From contig URSZ01000001.1 of NCBI GenBank assembly GCA_900550635.1, positions 1-61,107 of the forward strand: a stretch of DNA of 61,107 bases. The letters are read 5' to 3'. The notes beneath the pieces are model-generated. The model worked only from the letters and a program-made list of their open reading frames with translations, had not been told where the DNA came from and did no database searches. This DNA comes from an uncultured Prevotella sp. (GTDB taxonomy: Bacteria > Bacteroidota > Bacteroidia > Bacteroidales > Bacteroidaceae). This document shows positions 9,509-19,037 of this stretch, piece after piece (the first letter of the stretch is position 1; every line of letters begins with the position of its first letter). The position numbers and the translations under genes are program-made.

Positions 9509-10516
9509 ATGGCCCCGCTTGCAAGCCCCAACGCCTTTTCGCTCATAAGATGGCTGTTCGCGCTGTCGCTCATTCTCTTTCACGGCAGCGTGGCGGCGGG
9601 GCACGCTTACGGCTGGATTGTAAGCCCCCATTCTATAATATGCGTTTTTTTCGTGATGAGCGGAATGCTCACCTACAACAGCTACCTGCTCCACCCCGGG
9701 GCCGGGGCTTTCTACATGCGGCGTATCCGCAAGATTGTTCCGCCATACGCCGCGGTTATAATCCTTGCCGCCGCAGGCGGGGCGTTCGTCTCCACGCTCG
9801 GTGCGGATGAATACTTCACCCACACGGGCACGTTCAAGTACCTTGCCGCAAACCTCACGTTCCTTAATTTTCTTGCGCCCGGGCTTCCGGGAGTGTTCGA
9901 AGGGAACATCGTCACGGCCGTGAACTCGTCGCTGTGGACGATGAAGGTGGAAGTGGCATTCTATATCCTTCTCCCGGGCATGGTGTGGCTCATGCGCTGC
10001 TTCAGGCCGGCGCACGTGATAGCGGCTCTCTACCTGCTGTCGGTGGTATGGAACATAGCGTTCCAGCTCTTGTACCAGTCGACGGGCAACGGCCTTTACG
10101 ACATGCTGCGCCGCCAGGTGTTCGGCCAGATGATGTACTTTGCCGCCGGAATGGCCGCCGTGCACGTGCACACATACCTTCTGCGCCGCAAATGGGCGGT
10201 GCTCGCATGCAGCGTGGCGCTGTGGGCGGTGTGCGACCGCTACGCTCCGCTGCGCCTTGTCGAGCCCGTGGCCATAGCTGCCGCGCTTACTGTGGCGGCC
10301 TGCGGCAGCGCGCGCCTGTCGCGCCTTTCCGCCCGCACGCCCAACCTCACGTATGAGGTGTACCTGCTCCATTTCCCGGTTATCCAGGTGCTCGTGGCAA
10401 CGGGCTTCTTTGCCGCCGCCGGTTTCTACCCCGCCATAACGGCCGCAGCCGCCGTGATACTCCTGCTCTCCCTTGTGCTGCACAAGGCCGTGCACAGGTT
10501 TGCCGCCGCAAGATAG
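9509..10516 (+). CDS. Acyltransferase family 3 (membrane O-acyltransferase)
   Basis: 335 aa and polytopic. The N-terminus FSLIRWLFALSLILFHG and multiple hydrophobic segments are typical of Acyl_transf_3. Confidence 0.8.
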   Translation: MAPLASPNAFSLIRWLFALSLILFHGSVAAGHAYGWIVSPHSIICVFFVMSGMLTYNSYLLHPGAGAFYMRRIRKIVPPYAAVIILAAAGGAFVSTLGADEYFTHTGTFKYLAANLTFLNFLAPGLPGVFEGNIVTAVNSSLWTMKVEVAFYILLPGMVWLMRCFRPAHVIAALYLLSVVWNIAFQLLYQSTGNGLYDMLRRQVFGQMMYFAAGMAAVHVHTYLLRRKWAVLACSVALWAVCDRYAPLRLVEPVAIAAALTVAACGSARLSRLSARTPNLTYEVYLLHFPVIQVLVATGFFAAAGFYPAITAAAAVILLLSLVLHKAVHRFAAAR

Positions 10517-10627
10517 GGCAGCGCGTTCCCCGTGCAAAGGCACAAAGCCATTCCGCCCGGAAACCTTTACTCGGCACACGGCGTAAAACTCCCGTCCTTT
10601 ATTGTCCGTTTATTCAACCGTGTTTTC

Positions 10628-10757
10628 TTACCCGTTTCGGAGGGGGCGAAAAATATGTCTGAGATATTTTAAAATATGTCAGACATAATTCAAAATATGT
10701 CCGACATATTTTTTATTTGCTCCCAAGGGGGTATAAAAAACTGAATAACAATATTCA
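10628..10757. repeat. Mosaic intergenic repeat, copy 3 (hairpin module on the right)
   Basis: CCCGTTTCGGAGGGGG box, three units at about 10649-10712, then TTATTTGCTCCCAAGGGGG. Confidence 0.85.
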
Positions 10758-10856
10758 CATTCCCGCACCCGAAACAGACATTTCCCCGCCTCTTGACGTG
10801 CACCCGGGAGCACACCTCGCGCCAATGCTCTCCAAGCGCACTAACGTGTCCGGTCT

Positions 10857-10893
10857 GCACGCAATTTGACGAAGCCTGACGGCCGATTTGAGG
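10857..10893. repeat. Second, unrelated short repeat (family B), copy 1
   Basis: GCACGCAATTTGACGAAGCCTGACGGCCGATTTGAGG. About 34 of 37 positions are identical to 61071-61107 at the window end. Confidence 0.6.
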
Positions 10894-11007
10894 TTACGTA
10901 CACGAAAAGGCCGCAATTTACTCCTCCGGTGGAACATCCGCGCCATAAAATACTGTAACAAAACCAAAAAATACGGCTTGCATAGGCCTTAATCGAGCAT
11001 GGTTTCG

Positions 11008-11015
11008 TATATTTG
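11008..11015 (+). promoter_or_regulatory. Bacteroidetes-type -7 promoter box (TAnnTTTG)
   Basis: TATATTTG lies 22 nt upstream of the ATG at 11037. Confidence 0.5.
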
Positions 11016-11036
11016 CACGAAATTAGCGCTTGTTAT

Positions 11037-11933
11037 ATGGATCGACAAACAATATCGCAATGCCCGGCATGCGGTTCGGAGCGGATTCATAAATACGTTT
11101 CTGCAATGAACTATTATGCCACGGGTGAGGCATTCGACATCTACGAATGCGACGCCTGCGGAATGCGGTTCACCCAGGACGCTCCTATCGAAGCCGAAGC
11201 AGCGCAGTATTATTCCTCGCCCGACTACATCTCACACACCGACATACGCAAAGGACTCTTCAACCGCACGTACCACGCGGTGCGCACGGTAATGCTGCGG
11301 CGCAAGGCGCACCTGGTGATGAAAGCCCTGGGCAGCAAGGAAGGACGACTGCTCGACATAGGCGCGGGCACGGGATACTTTGCACGCGAAATGCAGCGGC
11401 GGGGCTTTGCCGTTGAAGCCGTGGAAGTAAGCGAAGACGCGCGCAAGGTGGCCGAAAAGAATGCCGGAATAAAGGAAAAGGACATCAGCGCGCTCGCCAC
11501 GTTCGAAAACGAGAGCTTCGACGCCATAACGATGTGGCACGTGCTGGAACACGTTTACAACCTGGCCGACGAGTGGCAGACACTGCGGCGGCTGCTGAAA
11601 AACGACGGGCGGCCGGTCATAGCCGTGCCCAACTGCGCCTCGCTCGACGCAAAACACTACAGGGAATTCTGGGCCGCATACGATGTGCCGCGCCACTTGT
11701 GGCACTTCAACTCGCACACCATGAAACTCATGGCCGAACAGTACGGCTTCAAGATAATGAGCATACACCCCATGCCGTTCGACGCCTACTACATCTCAAT
11801 GCTGTCGGAAAAATACAGCGGCCGCAAGCCCTACTTCCTGCGCGGCATGATGTTCGGCACATATTCGTGGTTCAAAACCCTGTGCAACAAGAAAAACAGC
11901 AGCTCGCTCATCTACGTGATGAGAAAGCTGTAA
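11037..11933 (+). CDS. Class I SAM-dependent methyltransferase with an N-terminal Cys4 zinc-ribbon-like segment
   Basis: CPACGS...CDACG, then the SAM motif LLDIGAGTGYFA. I prefer the ATG at 11037 over the track's TTG at 11013 because the -7 box sits at 11008. Confidence 0.85.
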   Translation: MDRQTISQCPACGSERIHKYVSAMNYYATGEAFDIYECDACGMRFTQDAPIEAEAAQYYSSPDYISHTDIRKGLFNRTYHAVRTVMLRRKAHLVMKALGSKEGRLLDIGAGTGYFAREMQRRGFAVEAVEVSEDARKVAEKNAGIKEKDISALATFENESFDAITMWHVLEHVYNLADEWQTLRRLLKNDGRPVIAVPNCASLDAKHYREFWAAYDVPRHLWHFNSHTMKLMAEQYGFKIMSIHPMPFDAYYISMLSEKYSGRKPYFLRGMMFGTYSWFKTLCNKKNSSSLIYVMRKL

Positions 11934-11960
11934 ACAGCAAGCTACAACCCGGACTGACAA

Positions 11961-12836
11961 ATGAGCAAAAAAAAGAAGTCGCGCAGCGGACTGCGCCTTA
12001 ATGTCGTAACCTCGTGCATAAGCACCACGCTCGTGCTCGTGCTGCTCGGCGCCGTAGTGTTCTTCGTAACCACGGCAACACACCTGAGCGACATGCTGCG
12101 CGAGAATTTCACCGTGTCGGTAATGCTCGACGACGACATACCCAACAACGAAGCCAACAAGTTGCAACAACAACTGCGCCGGCTGCCATGCGCCGCAAGC
12201 GTAAGCTATATATCAAAGGAACGGGCGGCCGCCGAACAAATCAAGGCAATGGGCTGCGACCCCTCGGAATTCCTCGGCTCCAACCCCATACCGGCCTCGT
12301 TCGAGATACACCTCAAGGCCGACTACACCACGAGCGACAGCCTCGAAACCATCATTCCCGGACTGAAAGAACAGAAATACGTAATGGACGTGGACTACCC
12401 CAAGGAACTGATGGAAAGCATAAACAGCAACATACGCAAAATAAGCATAATCCTGCTCGCCGTGGCACTGCTGCTCACGTTCGTGTCGTTCGTATTGATA
12501 AACAACACCATGCGCCTGAGCATTTACGCACGGCGCTTCTCGATACGCACCATGCAGCTCGTAGGCGCAAAGCCGTCGTTCATACGGCGCCCATTCATGT
12601 CGAACGCCTTTTGGGTGGGATTCATATCGGCAATGTTTGCCTGCGCCCTGCTCGTGTTCGGCATAGACTCGCTCGTGCGCTTCGACCCCTCGATGGCAAA
12701 AGTGGTGACGTGGGAAATAGTGGCCATAACAATGGGCACGGTATTCGGCTGCGGCATAATACTGATACTCCTGTGCGCCTACTTCTCGGTAAACAAATAC
12801 CTGCGCATGAGGGCCGACGACATTTACCGCGCATAA
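11961..12836 (+). CDS. ftsX: Cell division protein FtsX-like permease
   Basis: 291 aa with FtsX topology: one N-terminal TM segment, a periplasmic domain, then three C-terminal TM segments. It sits in the conserved position before DUF3098-uppP-truB. Confidence 0.85.
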   Translation: MSKKKKSRSGLRLNVVTSCISTTLVLVLLGAVVFFVTTATHLSDMLRENFTVSVMLDDDIPNNEANKLQQQLRRLPCAASVSYISKERAAAEQIKAMGCDPSEFLGSNPIPASFEIHLKADYTTSDSLETIIPGLKEQKYVMDVDYPKELMESINSNIRKISIILLAVALLLTFVSFVLINNTMRLSIYARRFSIRTMQLVGAKPSFIRRPFMSNAFWVGFISAMFACALLVFGIDSLVRFDPSMAKVVTWEIVAITMGTVFGCGIILILLCAYFSVNKYLRMRADDIYRA

Positions 12837-12870
12837 CCCAAACGCAACAAACACAACACATCAAATAAAC

Positions 12871-13143
12871 ATGGACAAGAAAAACCTCGCGTTCACACGC
12901 ACGAATTTTATCCTGCTCGCCATAGGAATGGCTGTAGTATTGCTCGGATTCATACTCATGTCCGGCGCAGGCTCGAGCGAAACGGCTTTCAACCCCGACA
13001 TCTTCTCGGCGCGCCGCATTAAAGTAGCCCCGGCAATCAGCTTCATAGGATTCGTATTCATGATTGTCGCAATACTCTTCCCTTCAAAAAGGAAAGAAAG
13101 CAACACAGCCGACATCGCAACTGACGCCAAAACCGAAAAATAA
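12871..13143 (+). CDS. DUF3098-like small membrane protein
   Basis: 90 aa with two TM segments. Its position between ftsX and uppP is conserved in Bacteroidota. Confidence 0.7.
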   Translation: MDKKNLAFTRTNFILLAIGMAVVLLGFILMSGAGSSETAFNPDIFSARRIKVAPAISFIGFVFMIVAILFPSKRKESNTADIATDAKTEK

Positions 13144-13152
13144 CACACGCCC

Positions 13153-13989
13153 ATGGATTGGTTGCAAACCGTAATCATCGCAATAGTCGAGGGGCTTACG
13201 GAGTTCCTGCCGGTATCTTCGACAGGGCACATGATTATAGCCCAAAGCGTACTCGGAATAGAAAGCACGCCGTTCGTAAAGGCTTTCACGGTAATAATCC
13301 AGTTCGGCGCCATTCTCTCGGTGGTTGTGCTCTACTGGCGCAAGTTCTTCTACCCCGAAACAATGCGCACAAAAGGCTACACCTGGTGGCAAGCTATCTG
13401 GAGATTCTATCTCAAGCTCATAGCAGGCGTGCTGCCTGCCGTAGTGCTCGGCCTGGCGTTCAACGACTTCATAGAGTCGAACCTCGGCAACGTTACGCTC
13501 GTGGCGGTAATGCTCATCTTGGGCGGAATCTTCATGCTCTTCTGCGACAGGATATTCAACAAGGGAACGTTCAACGAGCCAAGCTACAAGAAAGCCTTCA
13601 TAATAGGCATAGTGCAATGTATCTCGATGATACCGGGCGTTTCACGCTCTATGGCAACGATAGTGGGCGGCATGTCGCAAAAACTCACGCGCCGCGCCGC
13701 CGCCGAGTTCTCTTTCTTCCTTGCCGTGCCCACCATGCTGGGAGCCACATGCCTTGAAACCTACAAACTCGTGTTCCACGGCGACGGCAACATACTCCTG
13801 CAGGGCAACAACATGCCCATGCTTATCCTTGGCAGCATTGTAGCGTTCATCGTTGCAATGGCGGCAATAAAGTTCTTTATCGACTACGTAAGCAAGTACG
13901 GCTTTGCGGCGTTCGGCTGGTACAGGATAATTGTCGGGGCAGTAATAATAGTGCTCGGCCTGCTCGGCGTGGACATGCAAATAGAGTAA
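13153..13989 (+). CDS. uppP: Undecaprenyl-diphosphate phosphatase
   Basis: The N-terminus AIVEGLTEFLPVSSTGHMII is the BacA/UppP signature. Confidence 0.95.
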   Translation: MDWLQTVIIAIVEGLTEFLPVSSTGHMIIAQSVLGIESTPFVKAFTVIIQFGAILSVVVLYWRKFFYPETMRTKGYTWWQAIWRFYLKLIAGVLPAVVLGLAFNDFIESNLGNVTLVAVMLILGGIFMLFCDRIFNKGTFNEPSYKKAFIIGIVQCISMIPGVSRSMATIVGGMSQKLTRRAAAEFSFFLAVPTMLGATCLETYKLVFHGDGNILLQGNNMPMLILGSIVAFIVAMAAIKFFIDYVSKYGFAAFGWYRIIVGAVIIVLGLLGVDMQIE

Positions 13990-13996
13990 GAGGAGA

Positions 13997-14710
13997 ATGA
14001 ATTTCTTCGAAGGACAAGTACTTGCTTTCGACAAGCCCTATCGTGCCTCGTCGTTCAACGTAGTTTACGGAGTGCGCAACACGCTTAGCGCACACATGGG
14101 CGGAAGAAAGATAAAAGTGGGCCACGCAGGCACGCTCGACCCCTTGGCCACCGGAGTGCTGCTGATATGCACCGGACGGGCCACCAAACGTATCGAAGAA
14201 CTGCAGCAGATGGGCAAGGAATACGTGGCAACCCTGAAACTCGGGGCCACAACCGCGAGCTATGACATGGAACACCCCGAAAACGCCGTGTTCCCCACCG
14301 AACACATCACCGAGCAACTCGTGCTCGACACACTGCAACGCTTTGTGGGCGACATACAACAGATACCGCCCGTTTACTCCGCCTGCAAAATAGAGGGCAA
14401 ACGCTCATACCACCTCGCACGCCGCGGAAAAGAAATACAGCTCAAGCCCAAAACGCTGCACATCGACGAGATAGAGCTCCTCAAATACGACATGCCCGAG
14501 ATAACGATACGCGTATCCTGCGGCAAAGGCACATACATACGCGCCCTGGCCCGCGACATAGGCGAGGCGCTCGGAAGCGGGGCATACCTTACCGCACTGC
14601 GCCGCACCAGGGTAGGAAACTTCCTGGCCGACGAATGCATGAAGCCGGCCGACTTCCCGGCATGGCTCGAAAACGTGGAAATAGAAATGCCCGACATGGA
14701 GCAGGCATAA
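13997..14710 (+). CDS. truB: tRNA pseudouridine(55) synthase
   Basis: The [21 protein letters not shown] catalytic Asp motif and [16 protein letters not shown] are present. Confidence 0.95.
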   Translation: MNFFEGQVLAFDKPYRASSFNVVYGVRNTLSAHMGGRKIKVGHAGTLDPLATGVLLICTGRATKRIEELQQMGKEYVATLKLGATTASYDMEHPENAVFPTEHITEQLVLDTLQRFVGDIQQIPPVYSACKIEGKRSYHLARRGKEIQLKPKTLHIDEIELLKYDMPEITIRVSCGKGTYIRALARDIGEALGSGAYLTALRRTRVGNFLADECMKPADFPAWLENVEIEMPDMEQA

Positions 14711-14736
14711 AACCTATAAAGACACAATCAACCGTT

Positions 14737-15789
14737 ATGAAACTATCCCAATTCAAGTTCAAGCTACCCGAAGACAAGATTGCCCTCTATCCGCCCCTGC
14801 ACCGCGACGAGGCACGCATGATGGTGCTGCACCGCAAGACAGGAAAGATAGAACACAAAATCTTCAAGGACATACTCGACTTTTTCGACGAAAAAGACGT
14901 GTTCGTCTTCAACGACACCAAAGTATTCCCGGCACGCCTGTACGGACTAAAGGAAAAAACAGGGGCACGTATCGAAGTGTTCCTCCTGCGCGAGCTTAAT
15001 CCGGAGTTGCGCCTGTGGGATGTGCTTGTCGACCCTGCACGCAAGATAAGAATAGGCAACAAGCTCTTTTTTGGCGAGGATGGCAGCATAATGGCCGAAG
15101 TAATAGACAACACCACGAGCCGCGGCCGAACGCTGCGCTTCCTCTACGACGGCCCGCACGACGAGTTCAAGCAGCAGCTCTACGCACTGGGCGAGGCGCC
15201 GCTGCCCAAAATCATCAAGCGCCAGGCCGAAAAGGAAGACATCGAGCGCTTCCAGTGCATATTCGCCAAGAACGAAGGCGCCGTTACCGCTCCGGCCTCG
15301 GGCCTGCACTTCTCGCGCGAGCTGATGAAACGCATGGAGATAAAGGGGATAGAATTCGCATTCCTCACAATGCACTGCAGCCTCGGCACATTCCGCTCAA
15401 CCGACGTGGAAGACCTCACGAAGCACAAAATGGACTCCGAACAGATGTTCGTCGACAAGGACTGCTGCGACAAGGTGAACCGAGCGCACGCCGAAGGCCA
15501 CAAGGTGGTGGCCGTGGGAACCACCGTGCAGCGCGCAATGGAAACCGCCGTCGGCGCCGACAACAACCTGAAGGAATACGAGGGATGGACAAACAAGTTC
15601 ATCTTCCCGCCCTACGACTTCCACCTGGCCGACGCGATGATTTCCAACTTCCAAATGCCCCTCAGCACGCTGCTAATGCTCACAACCGCCTTTGGCGGCT
15701 ACGAGAACACCATGGCGGCCTACAAGGTGGCACTCAAGGAAGACTACAAGTTCGGCCCTTACGGCGACGCAATGCTCATTATCGACTGA
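14737..15789 (+). CDS. queA: S-adenosylmethionine:tRNA ribosyltransferase-isomerase
   Basis: [19 protein letters not shown] is the canonical QueA N-terminus. The in-frame ATG at 14737 is chosen over the longer track ORF starting at 14635. Confidence 0.95.
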   Translation: MKLSQFKFKLPEDKIALYPPLHRDEARMMVLHRKTGKIEHKIFKDILDFFDEKDVFVFNDTKVFPARLYGLKEKTGARIEVFLLRELNPELRLWDVLVDPARKIRIGNKLFFGEDGSIMAEVIDNTTSRGRTLRFLYDGPHDEFKQQLYALGEAPLPKIIKRQAEKEDIERFQCIFAKNEGAVTAPASGLHFSRELMKRMEIKGIEFAFLTMHCSLGTFRSTDVEDLTKHKMDSEQMFVDKDCCDKVNRAHAEGHKVVAVGTTVQRAMETAVGADNNLKEYEGWTNKFIFPPYDFHLADAMISNFQMPLSTLLMLTTAFGGYENTMAAYKVALKEDYKFGPYGDAMLIID

Positions 15790-16283
15790 TGCACTCTGTT
15801 TACATAGGCCTCGGCTCCAACCTCGGGCGCCGCGGCGACAACATACGGCGGGCCTTGGATCTCCTCACGCAGGACGGTTCAAGGCTCGCCGCCGTTTCAT
15901 CGTTCCACGAAACAGCACCCGTAGGCTTCACCTCGAGCCATTCTTTCCTCAACGCGGCGGCCCTGGTGCTTACGCCCCTCCCGCCCGAAGCATTCCTCGA
16001 CGCCACGCAACGGGTGGAGCGTGCGCTCGGGCGCACCGTCAAGTCGGAAAACGGCATATACCACGACCGCACCATCGACATCGACATGCTTTTCTACGAC
16101 GACATCGTGCTCAACACGCCACGCCTCGCCATTCCGCACCCCCACATGTGCGGCCGCGCATTCGTGCTCGCGCCGCTCTGCGAGATAGCCCCCGCCATGG
16201 TGCATCCCGCAAGCGGCATGACCGTTGCGCAAATGCTCGCAGCCCTGCAAAACAACAGCACCGCCGGAAGCGTAAAGCCGTGA
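15789..16283 (+). CDS. folK: 2-amino-4-hydroxy-6-hydroxymethyldihydropteridine diphosphokinase
   Basis: VYIGLGSNLG ... RTIDIDMLFYDD ... IPHP are HPPK motifs. The start overlaps the queA stop (ATGA at 15787-15791). Confidence 0.9.
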   Translation: MHSVYIGLGSNLGRRGDNIRRALDLLTQDGSRLAAVSSFHETAPVGFTSSHSFLNAAALVLTPLPPEAFLDATQRVERALGRTVKSENGIYHDRTIDIDMLFYDDIVLNTPRLAIPHPHMCGRAFVLAPLCEIAPAMVHPASGMTVAQMLAALQNNSTAGSVKP

Positions 16284-16310
16284 ATTTTGAAAACAGACAA
16301 AAAAAGCACA

Positions 16311-16455
16311 CCCCTTTGCCGCTGAAAAACAGGCATGTTAGATGTGCGCAAAAAAAGGTCGGACATATTTCGAAATATGTGCCTTGAATTTTAAAATATG
16401 TCCGACTAATTTTTTTCTTTCTCCCACCCCCGTAAAATCGTGTCATTTTGGCGCA
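16311..16455. repeat. Mosaic intergenic repeat, copy 4
   Basis: Three units at about 16351-16413, then TTTCTTTCTCCCACCCCCG and an AAAATCGTGTCATTTT hairpin. Confidence 0.8.
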
Positions 16456-16571
16456 CCGTTTTTCTTGAACGATAAACCGCCTTTTTGCAGACATTTGCGG
16501 CAGCAGGGCACACCGTTTCCGACACACCCGCGTAAAGGATTTATTTTTCGCCGCAGCAACGAAAAAAGTTA

Positions 16572-16579
16572 TATCTTTG
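16572..16579 (+). promoter_or_regulatory. -7 promoter box (TAnnTTTG)
   Basis: TATCTTTG upstream of the glycosyltransferase operon. Confidence 0.5.
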
Positions 16580-16651
16580 CACTGTCCCGCAGCAGCAAAA
16601 CCTCACGGCAAAACCCTGACATGCAGCCCCGGGCAACATATCAACCATATT

Positions 16652-17914
16652 ATGAGAGTATTACTCGTAAACACTTCGGAACGCACCGGCGGCGCGGCAA
16701 TAGCAGCCAACCGGCTGTGCGAAGCATTGGGAAACAACGGCGTAAAGGCCAAAATGCTCGTAAGCCGCAAAGAAACCGGACTTATCACCGTTACCGAGCC
16801 CCACAACCGTTTGCAGTACAAGCTCAACTTCCTGCGCGAAAGGCTCACCATACTGGCGGCCAACAAATTCCGCCGCCACCGCCTCTTCGAGGTCGACGCC
16901 GCCAACTGCGGCATAGACATCACCGGGCTGAAGGAATTCCGGCAAGCCGACATAATACACCTCCACTGGGTTAACCAGGGATTCATATCGCTTGCCGGGA
17001 TAGCCAAAATAGTAAAATCCGGAAAACCCGTGGTATGGACCATGCACGACATGTGGCCCTTTACCGGCATTTGCCACTACACGCGCTCGTGCGAACAATA
17101 CAAGGACGAATGCGGCAACTGCCCCATACTCTACGGCGGGGGCGCGCCCAACGACCTCTCACACCGCGTGTTCGTTAAAAAACTCAGGCTGCTGGGCAAC
17201 GCACGCATAGCCTACGTGGGGTGCAGCGACTGGCTCGCCAACTGCGCGCGCGAAAGCCGCCTGCTCGAAGGGAAAAGGATACTCAGCATACCAAACCCCA
17301 TCAACACCAAACTCTACCAGCCCGACAGCAAAACAGAAGCACGCAAGGCACTCAAACTGCCGCAAGACAAAAAACTGCTCCTCTTTGCGGCATTCCGCGT
17401 GACAAACAAAATAAAAGGCATCGACTACCTGTGCGAGGCAATACGCATGCTCGTCGAGAAAAATCCCGCGCTCGGCAACGAAATAGCAATCGTGGCCGTG
17501 GGAAAAGAATCCGAGGCACTCGCCGGCGCACTGCCCGTAGACGTCTATCCCATGGGCTACATCACCAACGAACACAGGATGATAAAAACCTACAACGCCT
17601 GCGACCTCTTCCTCATACCCACACTCCAGGACAACCTGCCAAACACAATAATGGAATCAATGGCATGCGGCGTGCCCTGCATAGGATTCGACATCGGCGG
17701 CCTGCCACAGATGATAGACCACCTCGAAAACGGATACATCGCACGATACAAAGATTCAGCCGACTTTGCCCGCGGCATAGAATGGGCACTCTCGCAAACC
17801 GACACACGAGCACTCGGCGAAAAGGCACGCACCAAGGTGATGGCCTCGTTCTCCGAAACGGCAGTGGCAAAACTCTACACCAAACTATACAAAGAGCTTA
17901 GCGGAAAAGAATGA
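16652..17914 (+). CDS. Glycosyltransferase family 4 (GT-B)
   Basis: MRVLLVNTSERTGGAAIAANRL at the N-terminus and the C-terminal EX7E-like region PNTIMESMACGVPCIGFDIGG. The ATG at 16652 is chosen. Confidence 0.85.
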   Translation: MRVLLVNTSERTGGAAIAANRLCEALGNNGVKAKMLVSRKETGLITVTEPHNRLQYKLNFLRERLTILAANKFRRHRLFEVDAANCGIDITGLKEFRQADIIHLHWVNQGFISLAGIAKIVKSGKPVVWTMHDMWPFTGICHYTRSCEQYKDECGNCPILYGGGAPNDLSHRVFVKKLRLLGNARIAYVGCSDWLANCARESRLLEGKRILSIPNPINTKLYQPDSKTEARKALKLPQDKKLLLFAAFRVTNKIKGIDYLCEAIRMLVEKNPALGNEIAIVAVGKESEALAGALPVDVYPMGYITNEHRMIKTYNACDLFLIPTLQDNLPNTIMESMACGVPCIGFDIGGLPQMIDHLENGYIARYKDSADFARGIEWALSQTDTRALGEKARTKVMASFSETAVAKLYTKLYKELSGKE

Positions 17915-18690
17915 ACCACAAGCCCGTAAAAATAACAGTAGCCACAGTTACGTACAACGCCGTGGGCGTGCTGCAACGCACCCTCGACAGCGTTGCCGCC
18001 CAAGACTATGCCCACGTGGAGCACCTAATCATCGACGGCAACTCGCACGACGGCACGCTCGCCCTTTTCCAGCATTACCAGGAAAACAACAGCCGCGCCG
18101 GAGTGATACACGAGGTGAACGCCATAAGCGAACCCGACAGGGGAATCTACGACGCAATGAACAAGGCCCTTGCCATGGCCACGGGCGACTACATCGTGTT
18201 CCTCAACGCCGGCGACGTGTTCCACAGCCCCGACGTGCTCACCCGCATAGCCGCCGCAGCCGGCGGAATGCCCGCCGTAATATACGGCAACACCGACATC
18301 GTGGACAACGAAGGCCGTTTCGTGCGCCACCGCCGCCTTGCACCGCCGCGCCGCCTCACGTGGCACAGCTTCCTGCACGGAATGCTCGTGTGCCACCAGG
18401 CATTCTTCGCACGCTGCGACATAGCACGCACCACCCCCTACAACCTGCGCTACCGCTTCTCGGCCGACTACGACTGGTGCATACGAATCATGCGCACCGC
18501 CGCACGCAGGAAACTGCCAATGAAAAACGCAGGAATCATTGTGGCCGACTACCTCGACGGCGGAATGACCACACAAAACCACCGGCGCTCGCTCATGGAA
18601 CGCTTCCGCGTCATGGCGCACCACTACGGAATCATTACCGCCGCCGCAATGCACCTGTGGTTCGTGGCAAGAGCCGTGGTGAAAAAATAA
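17911..18690 (+). CDS. Glycosyltransferase family 2
   Basis: ITVATVTYNAVGVLQRTLDSVAAQDY ... IIDGNSHDGT ... the DxD-like FLNAGD. It overlaps the upstream stop by 4 nt. Confidence 0.85.
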   Translation: MNHKPVKITVATVTYNAVGVLQRTLDSVAAQDYAHVEHLIIDGNSHDGTLALFQHYQENNSRAGVIHEVNAISEPDRGIYDAMNKALAMATGDYIVFLNAGDVFHSPDVLTRIAAAAGGMPAVIYGNTDIVDNEGRFVRHRRLAPPRRLTWHSFLHGMLVCHQAFFARCDIARTTPYNLRYRFSADYDWCIRIMRTAARRKLPMKNAGIIVADYLDGGMTTQNHRRSLMERFRVMAHHYGIITAAAMHLWFVARAVVKK

Positions 18691-18719
18691 ACTCCCGCGA
18701 AACATTACCCGCACCCTTT

Positions 18720-18870
18720 CCGGAAAACACAGTTTGCCACCCGGCAAAAAATACGTGCCTTGTATTTCAAAATATGTCCGACATATTTTAAAATATCTCA
18801 GACATATTTTCCGTTTTCTCGGAGAGGCATGTAACTCACTGAAAATCAAGACGCCTTTTTTGTCTGCATA
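18720..18870. repeat. Mosaic intergenic repeat, copy 5
   Basis: Three units at about 18746-18810, then TTTCTCGGAGAGG, CACTGAAAATCAAG and the edge box CCTTTTTTGTCTGC. Confidence 0.85.
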
Positions 18871-19010
18871 AAAGGACTTTACGGCACAAAAAAACGGGCC
18901 TTTCCTTCTCCGAACCCCGACAAAGCAAAACGCGGTTGCCGGAAAAGGGTCACATTAAAAAAAGCCCTAACAATTATTTGGCCAAACCTGCCTTTACAAC
19001 CAAAAATTCG

Positions 19011-19018
19011 TAATTTTG
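19011..19018 (+). promoter_or_regulatory. -7 promoter box (TAnnTTTG)
   Basis: TAATTTTG lies 20 nt upstream of the rpoN ATG. Confidence 0.5.
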
Positions 19019-19037
19019 CTTACGTCAAACAAAAGAC

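Noticed and set aside
9185-10579. 464-aa minus-strand ORF
   Set aside because: It is antisense to the end of the PorZ-like gene and the whole acyltransferase gene. It is Arg/His/Gly-rich and low-complexity.
10649-10712. The possibility that the tandem AT-rich units are mini-CRISPR arrays
   Set aside because: The units abut one another with no unique spacers. There are only three per locus, the period is 21 bp, and no cas genes are in the window.
12014-12868. 284-aa alternative-frame ORF overlapping ftsX (and similar Arg-rich ORFs such as 15015-16283 upstream part, 17221-17901, 27023-27934, 28842-29801, 32165-33361, 41021-41704 and 52916-53632)
   Set aside because: They are same-strand out-of-frame ORFs with extreme Arg/Pro/His content. 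The annotated frame carries the recognisable domains in every case.
18025-18849. 274-aa minus-strand ORF
   Set aside because: It is antisense to the GT2 gene and extends into repeat copy 5.
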